Source: an uncultured Candidatus Binatia bacterium
GTDB lineage: Bacteria > Desulfobacterota > Binatia > Bin18
Assembly (NCBI GenBank): GCA_965214605.1
Contig: OZ243961.1
Coordinates: 862,912 to 926,911, forward strand
Direction of reading: 5' to 3'
DNA: 64,000 nt
Shown here: one piece after another, positions 49,527-57,576 of the stretch
How positions within the stretch are numbered: position 1 is the stretch's first letter
How the letters are laid out: each line of letters opens with the position of its first letter
Notes under the pieces: model-generated
The model's input: only the letters and a program-made list of their open reading frames with translations
Told to the model about the DNA's origin: nothing
Database searches by the model: none
Made by a program: the position numbers and the translations under genes

Positions 49527-49820
49527 TCACACCTCCCCGACGTCTATGGCGTCATACTCGACGTGGGTGCCCACAAAACGTACGTAGACGATACGTGCCG
49601 GATAGTGAATCATCACCACGAGCCGGTAGTCGTTGCCCTTGATGTTGAAGACCACCCGGTTGCCGCCAACGATGCTGGCACTACGGTACTTCTCCTTCAC
49701 TTTTGCTGGTCTATCCCAGTCCTCCTTCAGGACCTCGCGATACCAGGCGAGTAGCGGATCCCTGGCATTCGGATTCCGCTCCCAGAACTCCCGGAGCATC
49801 CTCTTGGCGATGATCCGCAT
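49527..49820 (-). CDS. higB: HigB-family type II toxin (mRNA interferase)
   Basis: MRIIAKRMLREFWERNPNARDPLLAWY...NRVVFNIKGNDYRLVVMIHY...VYVRFVGTHVEYD is the HigB_toxin pattern. An AT-rich promoter region lies upstream. Confidence 0.8.
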   Translation of the reverse strand: MRIIAKRMLREFWERNPNARDPLLAWYREVLKEDWDRPAKVKEKYRSASIVGGNRVVFNIKGNDYRLVVMIHYPARIVYVRFVGTHVEYDAIDVGEV

Positions 49821-50053
49821 AGCTATACATACTTCGTTCCCATAATATTGTTAACTCTATTGATCCTAAAACAGACCATTATCGATATCCCTTACCATGA
49901 ATCAGCTGTTGCTTGCCATGCCCGGTATATTCTGTCCGCGCAATTGCTGACCAATCATTACGTTTGAAGACGCGACGCTGGCAGCCGCAGCTGAAAGCGC
50001 ACTTGAGAGGAGAGTGGCGCCACGATCTGGTCTCCGTCCGAAATTAGATTCCA

Positions 50054-50144
50054 TCATTACCCCTCATGGGGATCAGTAACTTTCCCCTCCGCATTGCGGA
50101 ACACCGCGGGCGCCGTCTCATTACCCCTCATGGGGATCAGTAAC
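50054..50144 (-). CRISPR. mini CRISPR array: 2 identical 27-nt repeats (30 nt with one mismatch) and one 37-nt (34-nt) spacer
   Basis: TCATTACCCCTCATGGGGATCAGTAAC at 50054-50080 and 50118-50144, with an internal CCCC/GGGG stem. In minus orientation it reads GTTACTGATCCCCATGAGGGGTAATGA. It lies about 170 nt downstream of the cas2-like ORF, in leader-like position. Confidence 0.6.
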
Positions 50145-50316
50145 CTTGTTTTTATCCCTTTCCCTCCCAAGAATAGCTTTTAGAGTGAGCCTGCATACTA
50201 TTACAGGCCCTGGAAATTTGCGCCTGAGTCCCAGACCTAAAGAGGGTTCCGTGCTCAAGCGCACAAGGAACTCGTCAGAGAGTAGACCAGTTTTTACCAT
50301 GCCACGTGTCCTCATC

Positions 50317-50622
50317 CTAACGCATCGGCCCACCGAGCGCATCCTTGCTCAGCCTCTGTACCTCCACGTTGTGACGATTCTCGCACACGAGCTTCAGCAC
50401 GCGGTCTTCAGGGCTAATCTTCTCCGAGATTCTCGCTACCAGCCGGACAACCTCGGACTCCGGCAAGTCACCTATGAAAACGGACGCCTGCTCATGGATG
50501 AGAAACTCCTTCAGTATCTTCCTGTACATGTCCGTCCGCTTGGCGGACCGGAAGTCATTAATGTGCGTTTCGTTTGAGATGTAGAATTTTTCGGAGTTGA
50601 GATCCCTGTGCAGGCGTTTTGA
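50317..50622 (-). pseudogene. cas2: Cas2-like ORF lacking a canonical start codon
   Basis: The open frame reads ...KFYISNETHINDFRSAKRTDMYRKILKEFLIHEQASVFIGDLPESEVVRLVARISEKISPEDRVLKLV..., resembling Cas2 (beta1, helix, ..vy.Gd.. layout). The only ATG/GTG/TTG is at residue ~31 (50529). No cas1 lies upstream. Confidence 0.5.
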
Positions 50623-50921
50623 CTACAACCGGCCAAGCCTTTGCGGGAATTCTTGGTATCAAAGTGACCGCACTTTAGCTCTCACCTGTCCAGGTACACC
50701 GCCGTGGCCTGTTGCGGCCCAACTCCCTGCTGATCGTCATGCGGGCTTCGCAATCAAGGGTCTTTTCTTCCCGCTACCAAACTCATTTCTCACCCTCCCT
50801 TTCATGAGCGTCTGGGAGGGGTCGCTGAACCTTGAAACTCTTGAAGACTCAATGTATGATACCGAAAGAGGTACGACTCGCCGCGTATTTCGCCGAGCAC
50901 GACCACAGGGAGGAGCACATA

Positions 50922-51149
50922 ATGAGGGAAGAACAACAGGAGTGGACCGGACATGCGGACAAGACGCAGTCGAACCGCGCAGCTGTCCATGCAGCAATGC
51001 TGAAGGAGGCGTTGCGGCGGCCCGGGGTGCGTGAAGCTATGGAAGTCTATCGGGACTGGCAGCGAACCGACAACGGACTCGCTTCATACCGGGCGGCAAC
51101 AAAACAACCGTCGATTACAACGACGACGGACCACGCCAACGCCCAGTGA
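50922..51149 (+). CDS. small hypothetical protein (75 aa) upstream of the SDH protease
   Basis: ATG preceded by GGGAGGAG. Ends 21 nt before the protease start. No family recognised. Confidence 0.4.
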   Translation: MREEQQEWTGHADKTQSNRAAVHAAMLKEALRRPGVREAMEVYRDWQRTDNGLASYRAATKQPSITTTTDHANAQ

Positions 51150-51170
51150 CAAGTTTGAGGGAATCCGACT

Positions 51171-52154
51171 TTGCCTATCTGGAGCGAGATCCTCGCCGAA
51201 CTGCACGCCGGCACCCAAGGTGGAACGCCGGATTTTGACGGTGTTCGACGCAAGTACCTGTTGGAGCTTCATACTTATACGGAGCGCAATGTCATCCTGT
51301 ATGCATCGGGCTGGCTGCAGAAAGAAGAGGGACTGCCTAGGGCTGTCTCAATCGGCGATGAGGATATCCAGGCACTCATGGAGGTTAGTCAGGGTCTGCA
51401 AGGCTCTCAACTCGACCTCATTCTACATAGCCCAGGTGGCTCTGTGGAAGCAGCCGAGGCAATCGTCTCATATCTGCGGTCTCGATTTCGGCACATTCGT
51501 GTGATTGTGCCGCAACTCGCCATGTCGGCCGCAACTATGATTTCTTGTGCTGCCGATGAGATCATCATGGGCAAGCATTCCTTCCTCGGTCCCACCGATC
51601 CTCAACTGACGTTGTCGACTTCCTTGGGCATTCGCTCCGTCCCGGCTCAGGCCATTCTTGACCAGTTCGACAGGGCACAGCGCGAATGCTCGGACCCTGC
51701 AAAGCTATCGGCTTGGCTGCCCATGTTGAGTCAGTTCGGCCCGGATCTGCTCGTGCGCTGCGAGTCGGCGCTTGCCATGTCGAAAGAGCTCGTACAGCAA
51801 TGGCTGCAGCAGTATATGTTCAAGAATCTTCCCGAACGCCAGGAACGAGCGGAGGATGTTTCCACCTGGCTTGCAAGTCACCAGCAGTTCAAGAGCCACG
51901 GCCGACATTTGCCACGCGCTGAACTGATCGATCACAGGCTTGTCGTAACACCCTTGGAGACAGATGGGAAGTTGCAGGACCTGAACCTATCCGTGTTTCA
52001 CGCAACAACCCACACGTTTACTGGAACGCCGGCCGTGAAGATCGTGGAAAACCACACCGGTCGGGCGTTCATCAAGCAACAGATCGTCCACGCTCCTCCC
52101 GGATTACCGGTCGATATGGGCGGCCAACCCCTACCGCCTGCGCCGCTTGGTTGA
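51171..52154 (+). CDS. SDH-family Clp-fold serine proteinase (SppA/ClpP-like)
   Basis: ...NVILYASGW...DLILHSPGGSVEAAEAIVSYLRSRF..IRVIVPQLAMSAATMISCAADEIIMG is the ClpP/SppA-type Ser-containing core (AMSAAT). TTG start. Confidence 0.75.
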   Translation: MPIWSEILAELHAGTQGGTPDFDGVRRKYLLELHTYTERNVILYASGWLQKEEGLPRAVSIGDEDIQALMEVSQGLQGSQLDLILHSPGGSVEAAEAIVSYLRSRFRHIRVIVPQLAMSAATMISCAADEIIMGKHSFLGPTDPQLTLSTSLGIRSVPAQAILDQFDRAQRECSDPAKLSAWLPMLSQFGPDLLVRCESALAMSKELVQQWLQQYMFKNLPERQERAEDVSTWLASHQQFKSHGRHLPRAELIDHRLVVTPLETDGKLQDLNLSVFHATTHTFTGTPAVKIVENHTGRAFIKQQIVHAPPGLPVDMGGQPLPPAPLG

Positions 52155-52205
52155 CCAGATCGGAGAAGCTGGGGCTGTTCTCCATTATCTCCTACAAACC
52201 ATTCT

Positions 52206-53203
52206 TCACCAGACGGAGGCGTCAAAGAGCAAGTCGGCGCTGGTATTGCCCCCACTGTGACCGACAATCGACCCAGAGCAGCCGGACCCGATTGAAAGTG
52301 GTTCGGCACAGCGTAGCCCGGCGAATAACTCCACAGCTTCCCACCTGCCCCAATACACGGCCGTAATCTGCTCACGTCCGTGCCCCCAGTTCATTGTCAT
52401 TCTGATCTCGTAGTCCAGCGCCTTCTCCTCGGCTGACAACCGGCCCGTTCACCTTCCCGCCGGCCGCCGATGCCGCCCATCCCATCAGTTTCTCGTAGCG
52501 CGCCTGTGCATCAACATGCCGCAAGCCGTGCAGCTTGTGCAGGCCCGCTGCCACGGTCCGGCGCTCATACAGCTTGAGCTGCTCAACATAGCTGCGCCCA
52601 TCTGGAATCATCGAGCCGCATCCGACCAGGTGGGGTGCCTAGTCCAGCACTTGCCGCTGCCGTGCCGTGAGGACGGTATTTCCCGCCCCCGTCCACCCTC
52701 ACACCAGGACGCCTTGAGCACCAGCCTGTCGCCCTTGTCGGCCACGCAGGGTCGAAAGTTCAGGCATTCCTCCCGCCGCAGGCCGAAGGCCCGCTGCAAT
52801 TCCAGGCCAGCACGCGGGTGCACGTCTTGTACCTTGCCCAGGTCGCCTAGGCCCAGACTCACCGCCTTCGACGCATTGGTGACGTAGCGACGCTCGGCGA
52901 TGCCGTAGGCCGCATTGCGGGGGTCGATGACCGACTGGCGCCCGCCCTTTTCCGCCCACTAGCGCAACGATGCCATGCGCGCCTTAATGGTGCCGGCGGA
53001 GGACCCTCGGCCTGCCAGTGCGCCACCAGCGCTGCGACGTGGCGGCCCTTGAGCTGATCGGGGTCCTCGAGGCGCGTGTAGCCCAGTTCGTGGAGTTGCC
53101 GGGCGCACAGATCGAACTCCCTGGCGCGGCGCGCGCAGGTGGCGAAACTGCCGTCCCGGTTGCGCTGGCAGAGTTGTTGCAGTCGACAGTTCAAGTCACG
53201 CAT
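52206..53203 (-). pseudogene. phage/plasmid-type integrase (Integrase_1-like), frameshifted
   Basis: MRDLNCRLQQLCQRNRDGSFATCARRAREFDLCARQLHELGY...LKGRHVAALVAHWQAEG, then AFGLRREECLNFRP..ADKGDRLVLKASWCEGGRGREIP, then HKLHGLRHVDAQARYEKLMGWAA and ELGHGREQITAVYWGR, in successive different frames. Confidence 0.65.
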
Positions 53204-53352
53204 GGTCCAAATCACTCCATTCGGTAAATGTTGATGGCCTGAACCTGTAACCGCCCGGAAACGTCTACAGGTGTTTGAATAGGCCGGAATCTGGAAACCC
53301 GTTTTCCCGTCTGGGAAGACACCCGGCGTCCCTGTTGGGCAGTATTTCCGGG

Positions 53353-53457
53353 GTTGGCTCAACCTCTTGTTGGAACATCCTGCGGGGACGTACTTGCGAG
53401 CTTCCAAGGCCGACCGGTGTGAGTTGGCTCAACCTCTTGTTGGAACATCCTGCGGGG
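53353..53457. CRISPR. CRISPR-like unit: two identical 35-nt repeats separated by a 35-nt spacer
   Basis: GTTGGCTCAACCTCTTGTTGGAACATCCTGCGGGG at 53353-53387 and 53423-53457. It is unrelated to the 50.1 kb repeat. Only two copies exist, so array status is tentative. Confidence 0.45.
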
Positions 53458-53858
53458 GGCAAGGTTGCAACTCCTCGGAGCGGCGCCGGATAGCCCCGTT
53501 GTTCATCGAAAGAACCGCTGCGGCCTTGCAGGACGTGGTAATCCCGGTGTCGTCAGTACCCGCTTCGCTCGTACTGACGACGCTGAGTGCCGTAGGTGCA
53601 AGGCGTGGCAGCACGCCGCCGTCTTGCCGAGGCCGCTAGGCCGCGGCCCTGAAACCGTTGTCGGCTGCACGCCGACAAGGACGCTTTACAGCGCCCGTAA
53701 TGCCCACGCCGCCGGGTTGTCCGGCGGCGCCGTGCACGGACCGATTTTCGGGAGTTTCTTACGGAACGAGCGGGTACGGCGAACGCTTCGCGAGCTGCTC
53801 GCGCCGTAATAGAGCATTTTCGGGTCTGATTGAATGATGTGTGGACTGACGGCTTCAA

Positions 53859-53947
53859 GTAGGTCGGGTTAGCCGTAGGCGTATCCCGAAGCAGAAGCCT
53901 ATGGAGCGCAGTGGAATGTCGGATTACGCTTCGCTAATCCAACCTAC
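53859..53947. repeat. inverted pair of REP-like palindromic units
   Basis: GTAGGTCGGGTTAGCCGTAGGCGTATCCCGAA (53859-53890) faces the reverse-oriented ATGTCGGATTACGCTTCGCTAATCCAACCTAC (53917-53947). Each unit is internally palindromic, with a GTAGG(T)YGG head typical of REP/BIME elements. Confidence 0.5.
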
Positions 53948-53994
53948 AGCTCAATACGGACATGCGCCAAGTGTCCCGCGCCCATATGCAGGAC

Positions 53995-54539
53995 CTACGG
54001 TTGACCGTCACCGAACAACTCGTCGACCGCGTTACGAAACTCTTGAAAGAGCGGACCATTCCGATCGTTCAGACTCTCAACCAATCCGCGATAGTACCAC
54101 GCCTGTAATGCCTTCCCCTCCCGGAAGCCCTCCCACACCCTGTCGCCAATCACCCGACGCTCGGCCAGAATCGACCGCACGTTGTGTAGCTTATCGGCGC
54201 AGGTCACCATGCACACCTCCGGCGATGCGCCTCGCAGCGACTCAATGGGGTGGCGTTCCGGTCTTTCCAGGGCGGCGACTTGTCTGATTCCCAGCACGTC
54301 TTGGCGATATTGGCAACCGCGCTGCCGAAGTCCTTTTCAATGTCGTCCAGCGTCAGTTCCGTATCCTTGACCGTATCATGGAGGATGCCTGCGACCAGAA
54401 CGTCCTCGGCGCAACCCGTGCGCGCCAAGATCAAACCAATGGCGCCAGGGTGGGCGATGTACGGAACGTCGGTTCCCTTGCGGACTTGATCGCGATGCGC
54501 CTTGGCAGCCACTTCAATTGCGCGATCTACTTTGTTCAT
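53995..54539 (-). pseudogene. HD-domain (SpoT/RelA-hydrolase-like, small alarmone hydrolase type) protein, one frameshift
   Basis: MNKVDRAIEVAAKAHRDQVRKGTDVPYIAHPGAIGLIL...AGILHDTVKDTELTLDDIEKDFG...WKDR in one frame, then ...VTCADKLHNVRSILAE...WYYRGLVESL in a second frame. The shift is near 54220. Confidence 0.65.
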
Positions 54540-54814
54540 GGCTCTCCAACTTTGAATCGGCTCCGCAGAAGGCTGTCGAAGAGGTCGATTCGGGGCGACG
54601 GTCGGCGACCGTCTAACGTGGCCTCTGTTAAACCGGGGTCCGTCGATGCTATGTGTGCCGGAACAGCAGTTACCGAGGCAGCAGGCGTCCCGCGAACCGC
54701 CCTCCAGACGTATAACGACCCCTCCATCAGGTTTTTCAATCGTCCTCAGACGTATCTCTGAATAGCTGCAGCCATCATCCTAAGTGATGTTGCGCAGCCT
54801 TAAGGGATTGGAGT

Positions 54815-55480
54815 TCATTGAAGGTATAACGCACCCCTGAGATAGAGCCGGGTTCGTAGGGCCACGTAATTGAGCCGGTCTGTCACACTGAGCCAACTCA
54901 AGCGGCGCGCGGCGTAGCTCACCGGAAAGCAGTGATTGCTCTGCGTCCGTACCGTCTTCGTAGGCGACTTGGCAAGCGACGCGTGACTCTTGAGCGTCTT
55001 GTGATACGTCTCCACTTTCCACCGCCTCTGGTAGATTGCGATGATGCCTTCTCCGTTACCATTGAGGTCGCTGCAAGCCAGATACACAACCCCGGTGCTA
55101 CCATCTTTGTTTCTAAAGGCCTGACGGACGAGAAAAACGGGAAAGTCCATTCCTCTAGCTTCATCACGCAGGGCCGCCGTACGGTTGGCTTTGAGGGCAA
55201 CCACAAAATGCTTGTTCAGGCCATGGCGGATGAAGGTCGGGTTTCTTTGGCTGAAAACCAACTGTCAGCCAGCACGCAGCGATACGTCACCTGATTGTGC
55301 AGGCAGACGGCGCAGGTGTTCGTTCTTGGAAACGGTACCCTTACGTTTCAAGCGGCCTGTGTTCTCATCGCGGTACACGAGTCGATGCCGTTCATGGCAA
55401 AACGCCGTGAAGTGACCGTGCTGCGGGTCGAGCGACGCCTGGACGATGCGGTTGCGGCCGCTGAGGGGGGCAGGCTCTAG
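54815..55480 (-). mobile_element. IS4/IS701-like DDE transposase remnant (frameshifted, N-terminally truncated)
   Basis: ...GIIAIYQRRWKVETYHKTLKSHASLAKSPTKTVRTQSNHCF is the conserved C-terminal block. An upstream piece (55265-55480) is in another frame. Confidence 0.6.
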
Positions 55481-56049
55481 GGGGCAGGGTTGACGTGGGG
55501 TGGGGAGAGGGGCGTCCACACCTTATCCTGGGGTGACTTGCCAACCAGTGCCACCAGGGCGGCATCTACGATGCCTGCCAAGGCACTTTCGGGATCATAG
55601 TCGATCACCTGTTTGAGTTTCAGACACAAGGGCGGATTGCGGCAGTTTAATTCTGATGCCAATGGCAGCCAAATTTCCGCCCCGCGCTCTTCCGCCAATG
55701 CCACCCAGGGCGGCGTACCGTGCTTCAGCTGGTTCCCCCACAGGACGTGGTATTCCGTCAGGGCATGGGCGGCGGTCATACACTCCGATTTCAGAAGACG
55801 GCTTTGCCAGGTTTCATCCCAATGGGGCCAGATATGCCATTCGCCAGCCTCGCCAAACAGACGGAGATCGCTGACCCGGGTCCAATCGGGTTGTACATTC
55901 GGAGGCCAGCAGATTCCGTTCGACTGTACCACGCCAAAGCCGATAAAGCCGGGTTCCTGTAACAAGATCCAAGCCGTTTTACGAGAGGTCACATCGGACA
56001 GGCGCGAACAGATCAAGGTTTCGTTGAGTTCTGTAAGCGTGTCAGGCAT
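55477..56049 (-). CDS. csx19: small type III-D accessory protein, Csx19-like by position (190 aa)
   Basis: Last gene of the effector operon, 13 nt after the Cas7-2x stop. It has no RAMP G-rich loop. The assignment rests on size and synteny with III-D(v) loci, not on a recognised motif. ATG at 56049 is preceded by GAAGGGA. Confidence 0.4.
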   Translation of the reverse strand: MPDTLTELNETLICSRLSDVTSRKTAWILLQEPGFIGFGVVQSNGICWPPNVQPDWTRVSDLRLFGEAGEWHIWPHWDETWQSRLLKSECMTAAHALTEYHVLWGNQLKHGTPPWVALAEERGAEIWLPLASELNCRNPPLCLKLKQVIDYDPESALAGIVDAALVALVGKSPQDKVWTPLSPPHVNPAP

Positions 56050-56062
56050 TGGTGATCCCTTC

Positions 56063-57526
56063 TTAGACGGGTCGGCGTGAGCCGACAGGCCGATTGGAAT
56101 AGTCCCTGGCCTTCTTGACACAACATTCAAGGAATAAGGCATTATCCTTATCTTTGACGTCAATTCCGCCGTTCCCGCTATTCCGCAATTCCCACTCAGG
56201 CTTTGGCAAACCGCGCTCAGGATCTATTAGCCGCAAGTACGCTTTGATGCCCTTCAGGGTGCCGCGGCCATTGCTCGTTTCTCCGCCAAGCGCGGCGTGG
56301 CCGTGCCAGAAGTCGCGCAGGGTCAAGAGCAACAAGCCGATTTCTGCGTCGTCAGGCTCCTCCAACGTCAGCGTCAGCCGGATGTGACGTTCAGGCTTTT
56401 TCGGAAAAATCGGTTCCTCGTCAAACAAGGCGCTCGGCAGGCTGCCACCGGTAAACCGATCAATGGCAACACGATGCTGCCGACGTGATTCCACATGCTC
56501 CACCAGACGTTCCTCAATCCGTACCCGGCTTGCCCACACATCCTTTTGCCGACTTGTGGATTGTTGCTCATGGATGGGCCCGAACATTTCGCAAACCGCG
56601 TCCTTGTCCTCGTGTTTTTTGCGCCAACCGATGGTATTCGCAATCAGGGCAGCACGATGTCGGAACGCACCGGCGAAGGAAGTACCGGGAACAACGGGCT
56701 GTCCATTGGATTGCAGATGAACCATCTCCGGGTCCTTCGGTTTACCGGATGAATTGCGGATTAACAGGGAGGTGCGCAGCTCAAATTCCACTTCAATGTG
56801 AAAATATCGCCGGCGGTCGGGCAATGGGTGTGGCTTCAGGCAGCTCTCAGGGCGGGACCAGGCATCGTCACGTAACCACGCCATGACATCCTCTGGGTTG
56901 TTCATGCACAATTTGCGTATGTCCCAAGCTGCCACCTTGCCGCGTCCATAGCCGCGGCGGGTACGTGCGCCCAAGCGGATGTCGCCTTGCTGGAACCCGT
57001 ACAAGAGAGCCAAAAACAACTTCTCCAGTTCAGCGTCGTTTTCTCCCTGACGAATAATACACTCCAGACACAACTCAAACTCGGCACCGCGTTCGACAAC
57101 TTCCACATCGAATTTTGCTCCTACAGCAGCGGAACCAGACCGGGCATTCACACGCACCCCGTCGCGAATTATCGTCTTCACCGTTTTCTGCCTACAGGCA
57201 GCATCAGCCACGGTCAAGGCGCTCATGGTGTCATCTTTGCCCGCTCCACCGAAGAATTGTTTGATCTCCTGCGGTTCATTCTCCTCCTTGATGTAGTCCT
57301 CCCAAGCTAAACTCTGCCGGGCCAGAAAACTCCGTGCGACACCAACGATCGACGCGGCCGGAATAAAGGGGCGTCTATCCGCATCCTGCAAGAGGCACAT
57401 ATCCGCTACTCCGGTTTCGTCACCCCCAAAGTGGGCTGCACTGTGCAGTTTCCAGGTGCCACGGGCATACAGACGGCGCACAACGGCATCGGCGGCTACT
57501 GTCATTGCGGTCAGCGTATTCACCAT
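56063..57526 (-). CDS. cas7: RAMP protein with two Cas7 (Csm3/Cmr4-like) modules (Cas7-2x)
   Basis: Two RAMP units: ...PFIPAASIVGVARS...GARTRRGYGRGKV, and ...QPVVPGTSFAGAFRHRA...RVAIDRFTGGS...LGGETSNGRGTLKG (G-rich loops). Confidence 0.75.
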   Translation of the reverse strand: MVNTLTAMTVAADAVVRRLYARGTWKLHSAAHFGGDETGVADMCLLQDADRRPFIPAASIVGVARSFLARQSLAWEDYIKEENEPQEIKQFFGGAGKDDTMSALTVADAACRQKTVKTIIRDGVRVNARSGSAAVGAKFDVEVVERGAEFELCLECIIRQGENDAELEKLFLALLYGFQQGDIRLGARTRRGYGRGKVAAWDIRKLCMNNPEDVMAWLRDDAWSRPESCLKPHPLPDRRRYFHIEVEFELRTSLLIRNSSGKPKDPEMVHLQSNGQPVVPGTSFAGAFRHRAALIANTIGWRKKHEDKDAVCEMFGPIHEQQSTSRQKDVWASRVRIEERLVEHVESRRQHRVAIDRFTGGSLPSALFDEEPIFPKKPERHIRLTLTLEEPDDAEIGLLLLTLRDFWHGHAALGGETSNGRGTLKGIKAYLRLIDPERGLPKPEWELRNSGNGGIDVKDKDNALFLECCVKKARDYSNRPVGSRRPV

Positions 57527-57576
57527 GATGCCGTCCTCATCTTGTTGCTGTATTTTCCGACAGAATCACCTTCGTC

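Noticed and set aside
49850-50053. Additional degenerate CRISPR repeats distal to the 2-repeat array
   Set aside because: Only a 7-nt match (tcattac near 49957) was found, at the wrong spacing (97 nt instead of 64 nt). There is nothing at the expected register.
53493-53527. Third, degenerate copy of the 35-nt repeat at the expected 70-nt period
   Set aside because: Only the tail (ccgctgcgg versus tcctgcggg) and a GTTG start align loosely, and the length differs. That is too weak to call.
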